A program made the translations under genes and the position numbers. From positions 719 to 64,718 of the IMG/VR virus record IMGVR_UViG_3300036796_000061: a stretch of 64,000 bases of DNA; one strand, given 5' to 3'. The stretch comes from a virus (Duplodnaviria; Caudoviricetes). The notes under the pieces are model-generated. The model ran no database searches, had not been told where the DNA came from, and saw only the letters and a program-made list of their open reading frames with translations. Each line of letters starts with the position of its first letter. Position 1 is the first letter of the stretch. This document shows positions 19,651 to 29,109 of the stretch, piece by piece.

Positions 19651-20052
19651 ATGTCGAAAAAGAAAAACGAGGGTTTCGCCTGGATTTCGTATGAAACCGA
19701 ATCTGACCAACCGTACATCACCGTTGATTCTCAGCAGCGCCTTTACCTATCGTCCGGCGTCTGCAAGCTGATCGGCGCCGAGTGTCCGCTCCGCCTGTAC
19801 GTCGGCTATGACCACGCTAACATGCGCCTGGTTGTCGCTAAGCCTGACGTAGTTAAAGCAACGGACACCCGCCCATTTAAATTTGACAAAAGACGATATG
19901 GTAATGCCAAGCCGTTCATCAAGACGCTGGGCCTCGACGTAAGTAAGCTGCCGATGCGCTTTACGTATACCGGCAAGGACTTCTCGGACGCCGGGCTGCC
20001 AGCCGGATCATTCGCGTTTCAGCTTGAAGGATTTACGGGTGCCGACGATTAA
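19651..20052 (+). CDS. Hypothetical protein, antisense to its flanking operon
   Basis: 133 aa; SD AAAAGGA; AT-rich upstream region. Confidence 0.7.
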   Translation: MSKKKNEGFAWISYETESDQPYITVDSQQRLYLSSGVCKLIGAECPLRLYVGYDHANMRLVVAKPDVVKATDTRPFKFDKRRYGNAKPFIKTLGLDVSKLPMRFTYTGKDFSDAGLPAGSFAFQLEGFTGADD

Positions 20053-20120
20053 TTCCTCGGAAGGACTGCGGGATAATTGCCTACTTTATCCCGTCGGTTG
20101 CCTCCGCTTCCTTGACTCCT

Positions 20121-20246
20121 TTACCAAAAAATATCTTCTTCATTTCCGCACCCGGAGCAAACAATTGTCACTCCATATCCGGATTTGCCCTCGACGCTGT
20201 ACTCCTCGCAGTCACAATTAGCGCACGAAATATTAAATCCGTCCAT
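20121..20246 (-). CDS. Small CxxC...CxxC zinc-ribbon peptide (41 aa, not in the ORF track)
   Basis: MDGFNISCANCDCEEYSVEGKSGYGVTIVCSGCGNEEDIFW; SD GGAGGCGGAG. Confidence 0.5.
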   Translation of the reverse strand: MDGFNISCANCDCEEYSVEGKSGYGVTIVCSGCGNEEDIFW

Positions 20247-20840
20247 TTACTCCGCCTCCCTTATTTTCGCAACCACTTCGTCAACTTTTTCGTGTAATTC
20301 CGCCAAACTTCCGTCATTCACAATATCGAAATCTACGCCGAAGCCCGCCACATGCGATTCGGTGTCATGCGCCAAGTCCTCCAGCTCAAACGCATCGCCT
20401 GCCGCCTTTGCCCGCGCCAACCTGACGTCCTCCGACGCCGTAATCCTTACGATGCTGTAACCGTTCGCCCGGGCCCACTCGTACTCCGCCGGCTTCCGCA
20501 GGTCCGTAATGATGACGCGAATATCCTCGTCGCCCAGGCTGATTGAGCCGTCGATGTGAAAGCCGATTTGCCGCTCGGTCAGTCGTACCCAAACTAACGG
20601 ATCAATCTCGCAAGCCTTTTCGCCAATCTGCTGATAGAGGCGGCGTGGCTTCGGATCGGCCGGGATGTGCGGGAACAGCGTGTGCGCCGTCTTCTTTACG
20701 TAGTCAGCGAAGGCGAACGCCCGGAATCGATGGTGTAGGCGGAAACGGTCGCCGGCTGCGTCCTTGCCCGATCGAAGCTGGCCGCAAATGGCGATCTTCG
20801 TGACGGTTACTTCGCGATTAACGTTGATTATCGATTTCAC
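20247..20840 (-). CDS. Deoxynucleoside monophosphate kinase
   Basis: AICGQLRSGKD P-loop, FAFAD, IITDLRKPAEY and HDTES motifs. Confidence 0.8.
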   Translation of the reverse strand: MKSIINVNREVTVTKIAICGQLRSGKDAAGDRFRLHHRFRAFAFADYVKKTAHTLFPHIPADPKPRRLYQQIGEKACEIDPLVWVRLTERQIGFHIDGSISLGDEDIRVIITDLRKPAEYEWARANGYSIVRITASEDVRLARAKAAGDAFELEDLAHDTESHVAGFGVDFDIVNDGSLAELHEKVDEVVAKIREAE

Positions 20841-21796
20841 GCGCCAGCACCTCCGGATTCAGCGAGTATCTTCGAAATCTCGTGCAGGATCTCCTCGGCT
20901 GACTTCGTTGGCTTTACAGGTGTATAAGTCCGTTCGTCTAGGAATGCGATATCCTTCGTGTTAGCTTCCGTTAGCTCCTTAGCCGTTTCTGCTAGCTCCG
21001 CGAAAGTCTGTACGTTGTTCTGCGTGTCGCGAAGCTGGCCCTCGAGCGAGTTTCTACTGCGGACCAGTTCGCCTACCTTACGCCTCATTTCGTCAGCAAA
21101 TTCGTCCGACTCGTGCTTATCTTGTTCGAAGCTTTCTCCCAACGTCTGAATCGAATGCTTCAAGTCGCTGACGGAATTACGAAGATTCGCGATTCTGCCC
21201 GGACCCATTTCGTACCACCCTAAGTCTTGCTTGATACGTTTGTTTTCCGTTTCTAAAGCCGCGACACGAGTAACTAAGTTCGCCATTAAATCGTAGATGT
21301 CCGGAGTTGGTTCGGAGTCGACTGGAATGAGTACCGAATATTCACCATCGCCTACACACGTACCACCCCTAACATAGACAGTCTCATTCATGGCTGATTG
21401 AACCGTCATAATGTCGCCATTATCATAATTGTCGAACGTACGGTCCGCACTAACGATCATGATTTGATCACCGACCTCCGCTTTGCGTTCGACTAGTTGG
21501 TAGCGCGTGACATCGATGTGAACGATGTCGGTCGGTTCAAGAACTGCGAAACTATCGTCATTGCCTACGTAGAGTAAAAGGTCTTCATGGTTAATTTCGA
21601 CGTCTAATTGAATCGCCTCACGGCTGTTATCTCCGTCATAATCTTCGTTAATAACCTTAGCAATTTCGTTAACAGGTGCTCCGTCCATCTTCGATACCCA
21701 AACGTAATCCCCAACTTCCGCCTTGCGATCTACTTCGATAAATTCCCGTTGAATTCCGCCGATACTTTCGTCTTTAACTAAGTGTACATTCTCCAT
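20837..21796 (-). CDS. Hypothetical protein with repeated RKAEVGD modules and coiled coil
   Basis: RKAEVGD occurs twice; coiled-coil C terminus. Confidence 0.6.
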   Translation of the reverse strand: MENVHLVKDESIGGIQREFIEVDRKAEVGDYVWVSKMDGAPVNEIAKVINEDYDGDNSREAIQLDVEINHEDLLLYVGNDDSFAVLEPTDIVHIDVTRYQLVERKAEVGDQIMIVSADRTFDNYDNGDIMTVQSAMNETVYVRGGTCVGDGEYSVLIPVDSEPTPDIYDLMANLVTRVAALETENKRIKQDLGWYEMGPGRIANLRNSVSDLKHSIQTLGESFEQDKHESDEFADEMRRKVGELVRSRNSLEGQLRDTQNNVQTFAELAETAKELTEANTKDIAFLDERTYTPVKPTKSAEEILHEISKILAESGGAGA

Positions 21797-22375
21797 TTAT
21801 TCCGCCCCCATTACTTTTATTTTCACCGACTGCCTTCCGAACTCCCTCTCCTGCCCTTCGCTGCTCATTAGCACGTCAATTCTTTTTCCACGGATAGCTC
21901 CGCCTGTATCCTGTGCCGTCCCAGCGATAACCCTGCCGTCTGCCAGCCGAATCTCGACCGCCGAGCCTAACGGAATGACCGCCGGATCGACTGCGATTAT
22001 CGTCCGTCCTCCGTGAGTTGTCGTATTGCTGACGTCAAGACCGGTCTTCGTGACACCCGTGCAGCCCGTATCGCAGAACGCTGTGTATGCGGTGGCTTCG
22101 AACGTTATCCATTCATTGTTATGGTTACGGCCATTACTAGTAAGATTATCATCGTGGTTATTACGGCTACTGCGGATACTATTGCGATTGTTAATTCGAG
22201 CTTCCTTTTCACGTTTCGCCTCCTCCTCTCGCTGCCGCCGCAGCCTTTCGGCTTTATCCCGCTCCGACTCCCCGACCTCGATGACGCGGGGCTCGGGCGC
22301 AGCTGTTTCGTCTGCCTTCGCCTGTAATTCCGTTAGTAGTAAGAAATGCGTTAGTGCCAACGTTGCGATTACGAT
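21797..22375 (-). CDS. Secreted 3D-domain (MltA-like) cell-wall enzyme
   Basis: FEATAYTAFC...TKTG, IAVDPAVIPLGS, AQDTGGAIRGKRIDV; hydrophobic N terminus; probable ATC start. Confidence 0.85.
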   Translation of the reverse strand: MVIATLALTHFLLLTELQAKADETAAPEPRVIEVGESERDKAERLRRQREEEAKREKEARINNRNSIRSSRNNHDDNLTSNGRNHNNEWITFEATAYTAFCDTGCTGVTKTGLDVSNTTTHGGRTIIAVDPAVIPLGSAVEIRLADGRVIAGTAQDTGGAIRGKRIDVLMSSEGQEREFGRQSVKIKVMGAE

Positions 22376-22379
22376 AGAA

Positions 22380-23147
22380 TCACGCTCCTTCGAAGAATTG
22401 CGAAGTCCAAGGTTCAACTTCGATGACGGCCGATTTAAGTGCTTCCGCTAGTTGGGCGATTTCACCTTGCGCTCCTTTGCCGGGTTGGCGTTTCGCGTAA
22501 AAGTCGAGCAGGGCGCGAAGGTTGGCGGTTAGGACGAGGTTACATGCGGCTGCGTTCGGTAGGACTGCGCGTGCATCTTCGGCCGGGATTCCGATTTCCC
22601 TCAACGCGTCATAAGCTCTTTGTGCGTAATTCATTGCGTTACTGTATACGTGCCCCTTCTTTGGATCACTTTGCACTGTATCCGGCACTACGTAATCAAA
22701 TCCACCACTTCTATCGCCCGATCCGAATCTGACATAACGTTGCGACTGAACGCTGAAACTGAATCCAGCGCGATGACGTGTGAGTTGCGCTAACAATGCG
22801 CGGGAAACGCCTTCAATCGCAAAGGTGAACGATAGGTGCTCCAGCGTCGAAGTGTGTTTGGATGCGACTATCTGCCGGAACAATCGGTCGGCTTCCGTGC
22901 CTCCTGCGCCGTCGGTCGCTTGGTTTCCGAAATACTTGGCGCCTTCCTTTGCGACGATTTCCGAAGGCTTGCCTGGTGAGTAGCACGTTCGGATTGCGGA
23001 TAGTGCGACCGCTTGACCGTCGGTAGCGCTGAATGCTCCCATAGCCGTTGTATATCCGTCAAAACTTAACTCGTCATCAAACCGATTGAATGCTTTACTT
23101 AACTGCGTATGTGCCAGCAAGGTTACGTTCATTTTAGTTTCTGCCAT
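22380..23147 (-). CDS. thyX: FAD-dependent thymidylate synthase
   Basis: HTSTLEH and RHRAGFSFSVQSQRY ThyX signature. Confidence 0.95.
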   Translation of the reverse strand: MAETKMNVTLLAHTQLSKAFNRFDDELSFDGYTTAMGAFSATDGQAVALSAIRTCYSPGKPSEIVAKEGAKYFGNQATDGAGGTEADRLFRQIVASKHTSTLEHLSFTFAIEGVSRALLAQLTRHRAGFSFSVQSQRYVRFGSGDRSGGFDYVVPDTVQSDPKKGHVYSNAMNYAQRAYDALREIGIPAEDARAVLPNAAACNLVLTANLRALLDFYAKRQPGKGAQGEIAQLAEALKSAVIEVEPWTSQFFEGA

Positions 23148-23597
23148 CTAATTGACCTCCTTAGCTATTCTTTCGATTTCATTCGCCAATCTTTCAAGCG
23201 CCCCGCCATTCTGATTGAGGGCTTTATCGTAGGACTCCTTAGCACGATATCCATCTTTCACACTCGTTCCGTCCTGCCTGGCGTGATTCTCCGCGTTCTT
23301 CTCCATATATAATCGGTGAATATCGTCAGCTTCTAAGCCCGCCACGCGTGACATTGAAAGTAAGAAATGCCACATATCAATTACTTCGCCTTGTAGCGCA
23401 TCCTTATCGATCAGCTTCGGATTCTTCCACCACTTCCAGTTAACCTCGCGCCGTATCTCGTCGATTTCCGATTCCATGGCGATAGTCAGTCCGACCACCC
23501 ATTCGTCAGTCGTTTTATCTATACCGCGTTCCTCAATAATTCGTGAATCAAGTTGCGTCTGCATTTCGTACATTTGCGTTAATTTATCGTTAGTCAA
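23148..23597 (-). CDS. Dimeric all-alpha dUTPase
   Basis: ESEIDEIRREVNWKWWK, EVIDMWHFLLS and KNAENHARQD motifs. Confidence 0.85.
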   Translation of the reverse strand: MTNDKLTQMYEMQTQLDSRIIEERGIDKTTDEWVVGLTIAMESEIDEIRREVNWKWWKNPKLIDKDALQGEVIDMWHFLLSMSRVAGLEADDIHRLYMEKNAENHARQDGTSVKDGYRAKESYDKALNQNGGALERLANEIERIAKEVN

Positions 23598-23610
23598 TTT
23601 AAATTCCTCC

Positions 23611-23991
23611 TTATCTTACGTTTACTCCCTGGATGCTGACGCCGAGTAGGTTTAATGTTTTAACGAGTACGAACTCCTTCTTATCAAATTGATTCTCACC
23701 GAAAAGGCTTTCGTAATACTCCGCCACTTTTTCCTCCGGAGACATTTCGACTTGGTAGCCTTTTACTAGTGCCTCCATATATGTCGGTAAGTTATTTTCG
23801 AAATGCTCCATGAGATATACTGCAATCGGGTATGCAGCTTGGTCTGAATCTGGCGCAACATATCCACTTTCGTTGATAAAGTTCGAGCTGTCCATTAAAT
23901 CCGACATAGGCCAACGCTCGGTTTCTTTTAGTTTTCCTATCGCTTCCGCAACCTCTTTCGGCAGTGTGACAAGCTTAGTTTCGTTTGTCAT
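23611..23991 (-). CDS. DUF1642-like hypothetical protein
   Basis: VTLPKEVAEAI...ALVKGYQVE; paralogous with 24425-24670. Confidence 0.6.
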   Translation of the reverse strand: MTNETKLVTLPKEVAEAIGKLKETERWPMSDLMDSSNFINESGYVAPDSDQAAYPIAVYLMEHFENNLPTYMEALVKGYQVEMSPEEKVAEYYESLFGENQFDKKEFVLVKTLNLLGVSIQGVNVR

Positions 23992-24105
23992 CGTTATCCT
24001 CCTCGTCTTCATCTTTTTCTTCCTTAGCGTTCAACTCCGCCAGCGTACATAAAATCGAAAACTTGTCGCACATTAGACGACGTGCTGCGTGAATCATGCG
24101 GTAGC

Positions 24106-24297
24106 TCATAGCATCAAGTAGAATATCGCGATTGCTATTAAAGCGTAAGTTATAGAGCAGCCACCGATTCGCAAGTAGAACTTCTGCTCAGTCTCCGCCT
24201 CATGCCCGTCAAGACCGGAAACCAGCGCGACCCCTATCAAGCTCGTAACCGCAACCACAAACGCCGCATACGCGCTTAATACTAGTAATGTGCTCAC
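24106..24297 (-). CDS. Small two-TM membrane protein
   Basis: Two hydrophobic stretches; SD GGAGGAC. Confidence 0.55.
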   Translation of the reverse strand: MSTLLVLSAYAAFVVAVTSLIGVALVSGLDGHEAETEQKFYLRIGGCSITYALIAIAIFYLML

Positions 24298-24424
24298 TAT
24301 TCGTCCTCCTTCCGATTACTGATGAATACTTCCAGCGTCCGGATACAGTCGCGCCAGCCTACCGCATGAGCGATCTTCCCCGTCAGGATTAGCGACACTG
24401 TCCAAGTGATCGCGATTATCCAGT

Positions 24425-24670
24425 TCATTCGACTTGGTATCCGTTCACCAGTGCGACCATCAATGCGTTGGGATGGCGATTTGAATGGACGACACTTACG
24501 TTGAAATAATCGTATAACGTTATTAATTGCGGATATTCATCTTGAAAAGCTTCATCATCAATTGACGTAATAATTGCGTAGTTATTCCACGGCTCTATTC
24601 CACCTCTTAGTATTTCGATAGCCTCCGCCACTTCTTTCGGTAAAGTGATACGCTCAGTCTCGACTGTCAT
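24425..24670 (-). CDS. DUF1642-like hypothetical protein
   Basis: ITLPKEVAEAI...ALVNGYQVE. Confidence 0.6.
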   Translation of the reverse strand: MTVETERITLPKEVAEAIEILRGGIEPWNNYAIITSIDDEAFQDEYPQLITLYDYFNVSVVHSNRHPNALMVALVNGYQVE

Positions 24671-24681
24671 CGCTATTCCTC

Positions 24682-25272
24682 CTATTCGAATTGTATGGAA
24701 TCCACTCCGTTTATTTTCAGCAATAACCCGCTAACCGCGTCCTCCATTTGGCGTTCGGCCTTCGCCTGCACTTCGTTATCGTTAGCGATGTCCTTCCGCA
24801 TATTCTGCTTCGCCTCTTTGTATAGCGCCTGCTTCTGTTCGTCGGGGATATCGATGGCGAACAATTTTTGAATAACCGACGTCTCCTCGTAGATACTTAC
24901 TTTGTCGTACGGAAGATCCAGCGATACAATTTCCGGCTGAGGCATGCGAACTTTAATCGAATTATCAACTACGCTGATATCGATATCTTGCGTATCTATT
25001 CCGAGCACCACTTCGCCTTTAACCGACATTGTCATTCCGCGGTGACCGTGCCATTTATCTTCGTCCCAATGAGAGCTCACGGCCACCTTGCCGGTCGGCG
25101 CTACGATGCGGGCCTTCGATTGCAGGGCGCTGATGACGGTTGCTTCGTGCAGTACGATTGGCGCTGGCGCCGCGGGCGGGGCGGATGGCTTCGCGGAATT
25201 GAAGCCCGTCGTGGTGAGTACGATGCCGGCCGTGATGATGGCGACGGCGGCCGTTTTCTTCGCTGAGTTCAT
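24682..25272 (-). CDS. Membrane-anchored DUF4230-like protein
   Basis: N-terminal signal anchor; GEVVLGID and IKVRMPQPEIVS motifs. Confidence 0.6.
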   Translation of the reverse strand: MNSAKKTAAVAIITAGIVLTTTGFNSAKPSAPPAAPAPIVLHEATVISALQSKARIVAPTGKVAVSSHWDEDKWHGHRGMTMSVKGEVVLGIDTQDIDISVVDNSIKVRMPQPEIVSLDLPYDKVSIYEETSVIQKLFAIDIPDEQKQALYKEAKQNMRKDIANDNEVQAKAERQMEDAVSGLLLKINGVDSIQFE

Positions 25273-25458
25273 CGGGATTGCCTCCTTTTTAGTTGCGTGG
25301 TTTATATAAATTTAATCGGTTCATTCATACGTTCACGAAAAGAAATTTCGCATTTTAGCGAACAAAACGCTGAACTCTGGCTAGAATCGGAATCCTCACG
25401 TGTATAAACACCTTCGCACTTAACACACTTTTCCATAAATCATCGGCCTCCCATTCCT

Positions 25459-26109
25459 TTACCATTCTAATTCGTCCGCCTTCTGCGCCAGTCTTCCGCG
25501 GAAGTTCTTCGTCAGCTCCAGGACATTAACGTAAGGCTCATCGCGAAAATGTTCAATGTACGGAACGAATCCGGACTTCTTCGGGTCCTTCAGGTCAATC
25601 TGCTTATCGTGACCGATCATGATTACGGTTGTCGTTGAATGCACTCGCGTTAGTAACTTCTTAAGCTCGCCGCGCGTCATGTTCTGGCTTTCGTCGATGA
25701 TTAGCGTTGAATCTTTGATATTAGTTCCGCGCACGAACGTGTGTGACTTCGCCGTTATCCAGGCGCCCTCGTTTATCATATCCGGATTCTTTTCGGACTT
25801 AATGGCGAAGCGCGGATCCTCGCGAATCTCAACTAACGCGTCCAGCAACGGTTGGAAATACTTCGATTCCTTTTCTTCGACGCTGCCTGGCGTAAAGCCC
25901 ATCGTACCCTCTTCGACTGGCGAAAACGTGTAGATTAACGGCTTGCCAAGCAGTCTTGCGCAGGCCACCGCTAGCGTCGTCTTGCCTGTTCCGCTTCTTG
26001 CGTTGACAATCGTGAGCTGGTTATCGAAAATTGAGTCGACATATTCGCGCTGTTCATCGGTTAACTTCGGTTCGAATCCGAAAAGCATATTGTTCTCCGG
26101 TAATCCCAT
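25459..26109 (-). CDS. phoH: PhoH-family ATPase
   Basis: ARSGTGKT, GFTPGS, FVRGTNI, IIDESQN and GHDKQID motifs. Confidence 0.9.
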   Translation of the reverse strand: MGLPENNMLFGFEPKLTDEQREYVDSIFDNQLTIVNARSGTGKTTLAVACARLLGKPLIYTFSPVEEGTMGFTPGSVEEKESKYFQPLLDALVEIREDPRFAIKSEKNPDMINEGAWITAKSHTFVRGTNIKDSTLIIDESQNMTRGELKKLLTRVHSTTTVIMIGHDKQIDLKDPKKSGFVPYIEHFRDEPYVNVLELTKNFRGRLAQKADELEW

Positions 26110-26148
26110 CCGTGTAGCCTCCTTATTATTGGGCGCCTACTGCGACGT

Positions 26149-26236
26149 CCTTATTAATAATGCCGATTAAGAAGTGAAAGTCGCGCAGTTTCTGGCGCCT
26201 TACTTAATAATAAGAACGAGAATCGAAAGTCGCGCA
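26149..26236 (-). promoter_or_regulatory. Two tandem copies of the putative phage-sigma promoter
   Basis: TGCGCGACTT-TCGATTCTCG-TTCTTATTATTAAGTAAGG and the variant TGCGCGACTT-TCACTTCTTA-ATCGGCATTATTAATAAGG, upstream of phoH. Confidence 0.7.
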
Positions 26237-26285
26237 CTTCTAACAAAAAAAGCACGACCGGTTAGGGCCGCGCACTTTTTCGTAA

Positions 26286-28568
26286 TTATCTTACCGGGCA
26301 AACTCCGCCTTCGCATCCGTCAGCTCCGTCAAGATCGCTGTCCTCTCCCGTTTCATATTTGCGTAGCGTATCTGGCTTAAACTCCGCCATTTTCGCGGCC
26401 ATCTCCTCGTACTGCTCCTTCGTAATTGCTTCGTACGGCGCCAGCTGATAAGACCCTCCGTCGTGAGCAAGGAATGACACCGCAGTAAATTCGTCCCAGC
26501 CGTCCCACACAATTTGCTCAGCCTGCGCCCATTCGTCCGGCCTTACGTGGATAGTGTTCGACGAGTTGTGCTCCGTGTAGTTACGCTGGAAACTGAAGTA
26601 CGTTTCGAATTGCTCGGCCGCTGACACGTCGTCCTTCGTTCTTTCGGCGCCACTTGCGACAGGAAAGTCGATGACTAGCGTGCGAGCATTCGCCAATCGT
26701 TCCTCGTGCGTTTCGCCAGGCGTCCCAACCTCCGGATTAACCGACCAGCCTAAGTCAAGCACTGCTTTTGCTAACGGATCAGCTGCGTTAATACGGATAC
26801 GGCGAATGTAGTACGGCGAGTGCGACCAGTGTAATCCGCTCGATACTCCGCCAGCTACCTGTGAAATCGTACCTTCCGGCTTGACCGTCGTTACTAATAG
26901 AGACGAGCTAACGCGCATAGTTTTCGCATACTCATCGGCCTCGTCGCGGGCAATCTGTCCGAGCATGGCGAGTAGCTGCGATTCTTCTTGCTCCGTATAG
27001 TCGATTAGGGCTAGTGCGTCCTTAACGCCTGTCAACGAAGTCCCAAGCAATCTATCACGCTGCTGAACGGCATTCCAATGTGGAATTTCTAGCTCGGCGA
27101 GGGTCATACGTAGGCCGGCGCGGGCTGAGCGACGTTGTGCGTCGAGCAATCCGTTCACATCTATAAAATACTCGCCGTTGATTTCCTTGACGAATTCGAC
27201 CATATTGACCGTAGTTAAGTTACATACGCCATAGCTATCGAGTAAAATCTCAGCGCATGGATTTAAGCCTTCCGCATTCGGCCGTCTTCTGCGCGCTTCT
27301 TCGAGGTTAATAAAGCCCGGCTCGCCTTCCGCCTGCATCATCGTAAATACTAAGTTTAATAATTCGCGGCTCGGCTTTTCCGTGAATGCAATCGAGTTGT
27401 TTGACATACGTCGGTGATGCAACGGACGGGCATTCGGATCGTTTAACGGCAAGCTTTCAAGCCATTCGGCGACCTCCGTAAGTCCGGCAGCCTTCGTTTG
27501 CTCAATAACCGCACGGTGTTTTGCTTCGTCCCACAGTCCGTTTATTCCATACTTGGCGAAAATAGATTCGTAGTCGTCCGCATCCATTAAGAAGATTTCT
27601 GCAGTCCGACGCACTCCTCCGACCACGACATTGTTCCCGATTAGATTTCCGATATCGAGAATGTGGACCGGACGAACCCTTTTGTACGATGAATCAATCT
27701 CGAACCTTTCCTCGGATGTTGTTTCGTAGGCATACTCTAATTTCGCCAAGCTTGGATCAATTTCGTTCTTCAATACGCGTTGAATTCCTTCGAACATCTC
27801 CATTAGTGGCTCCGGACCTGACGCTGTGCCTCCGAATGTATTCAACCGTGCGCCTTTCGGACGAATATAGTCGTAAAAAATGCCGATTGATTTGATGTTT
27901 TCGTATTTCTCTTCGGTCAGCAAACGGAAGTACATACGTAAGGATTCGACCCAGCCTTCCTTCGAATCGCCGACGTGGATGACCGCCTTCTGTTTTTCTT
28001 CGATAATGAATAGTTGCGAGTCAGGCTGCTTAACGATCGGATATCTCAGCGTATATGGTTCGTGAATTACTTCGACGTTTGTACGAATAGGCGCCAAGTT
28101 AGCCGCGAATTCCTTCGTTGCTTTGAAGCCTACGCCTGTGCCAACGAGTAGCAAGTAAAACAAATCGCCCAAATCGTCCCAGCTCCGAATATTTACGAAA
28201 CTGCAGTTAAAGTTAGCTAACGGGTATTTCTCAGCGACGCCTTGCTCGCTTCCGCCCACCCATAACGTTCGGCCTGACAGGAATTGGCGAAGGTTAAACA
28301 TACTATCGAAGAATGCCTCGGCCTCTTGGCGGTGTTCTTCTAGGTCGACCGGGTAGCCGATTTTTTCGAGGTGCTTAACGCCAAGGCTGACGTTGTACTC
28401 CGTAGCCCTGCGGCAAGTCTCGCGCCAAACCTCCCGACGCCCTTCGCTTTGTAAGAATCGGGAATATGTGCGGTAAAAAACGAACTTTCCTAACTCGTTC
28501 ATATGTGCCGGAAAATCCGGATAGCCTGCGATAAATTCATCAGTAAGTAATTGCGTAGTATTCGTCAA
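26286..28568 (-). CDS. nrdJ: Class II (adenosylcobalamin-dependent) ribonucleotide reductase
   Basis: NPCAEI, TVKPEGT and C-terminal CEGGVCPVR; monomeric RTPR-type layout; no beta subunit nearby. Confidence 0.9.
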   Translation of the reverse strand: MTNTTQLLTDEFIAGYPDFPAHMNELGKFVFYRTYSRFLQSEGRREVWRETCRRATEYNVSLGVKHLEKIGYPVDLEEHRQEAEAFFDSMFNLRQFLSGRTLWVGGSEQGVAEKYPLANFNCSFVNIRSWDDLGDLFYLLLVGTGVGFKATKEFAANLAPIRTNVEVIHEPYTLRYPIVKQPDSQLFIIEEKQKAVIHVGDSKEGWVESLRMYFRLLTEEKYENIKSIGIFYDYIRPKGARLNTFGGTASGPEPLMEMFEGIQRVLKNEIDPSLAKLEYAYETTSEERFEIDSSYKRVRPVHILDIGNLIGNNVVVGGVRRTAEIFLMDADDYESIFAKYGINGLWDEAKHRAVIEQTKAAGLTEVAEWLESLPLNDPNARPLHHRRMSNNSIAFTEKPSRELLNLVFTMMQAEGEPGFINLEEARRRRPNAEGLNPCAEILLDSYGVCNLTTVNMVEFVKEINGEYFIDVNGLLDAQRRSARAGLRMTLAELEIPHWNAVQQRDRLLGTSLTGVKDALALIDYTEQEESQLLAMLGQIARDEADEYAKTMRVSSSLLVTTVKPEGTISQVAGGVSSGLHWSHSPYYIRRIRINAADPLAKAVLDLGWSVNPEVGTPGETHEERLANARTLVIDFPVASGAERTKDDVSAAEQFETYFSFQRNYTEHNSSNTIHVRPDEWAQAEQIVWDGWDEFTAVSFLAHDGGSYQLAPYEAITKEQYEEMAAKMAEFKPDTLRKYETGEDSDLDGADGCEGGVCPVR

Positions 28569-28595
28569 AGTTTCGTTCCCCTTTCGCCCTTCGGC

Positions 28596-28781
28596 TCAGT
28601 AATATATTTGCGTTTCGTTTTCTTCGATCCGTAATTTCAATCCGTCGATATCCTCTTTAATCGTCGCCCGCTCCGCCTTCAGCGCGGCCAGCTTGGCGGA
28701 AACCTTCTCAATGTCTAGCTCATTGTCGGCCAGGTCGCGCTGGCGGGCGGTCAGTAGTTGGCGGAAAAGTCGGAGGTTCAT
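28596..28781 (-). CDS. Small coiled-coil hypothetical protein
   Basis: 61 aa; ATGA overlap with the upstream gene. Confidence 0.55.
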   Translation of the reverse strand: MNLRLFRQLLTARQRDLADNELDIEKVSAKLAALKAERATIKEDIDGLKLRIEENETQIYY

Positions 28782-29107
28782 TTCAACTTCGCCTCGTTAT
28801 ATTTAGCGAATGTTATAACCGCAGGACAGTGTTGCATTTTCCCATTCTTAAAATACTTCTTCCATACGTCTCCGGACTCCTCGCCTTCACCGGAAAGTAG
28901 GAATGTTATTTCAGGGTAACGGAGAGAAAGAAAGTGCATATCGGCTTCGTGTTCGTACCACTTGCATTCTTGCTCATATTCCCCGTTCGTGTCTATTGCG
29001 TAATCTAATCCGTCAAACGTACCTTCTTCGCTCTCTTTCGATAGTATCTCGCTGATACTCAATTCCCCTTCAAATACTTCTAGTTCATAGCGCGTACAAT
29101 ATCCCAT
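28778..29107 (-). CDS. Hypothetical protein
   Basis: MGYCTRYEL...KWYEHEADM...LSGEGEESGDVWKKYFKNGK, which resembles a recurrent phage family. Confidence 0.65.
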   Translation of the reverse strand: MGYCTRYELEVFEGELSISEILSKESEEGTFDGLDYAIDTNGEYEQECKWYEHEADMHFLSLRYPEITFLLSGEGEESGDVWKKYFKNGKMQHCPAVITFAKYNEAKLK

Positions 29108-29109
29108 CG

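Noticed and set aside
26060-26085. GGTTCGAATCC tRNA T-loop-like string
   Set aside because: It lies within phoH on the coding region, and no cloverleaf can be built. I found no tRNA genes by eye.
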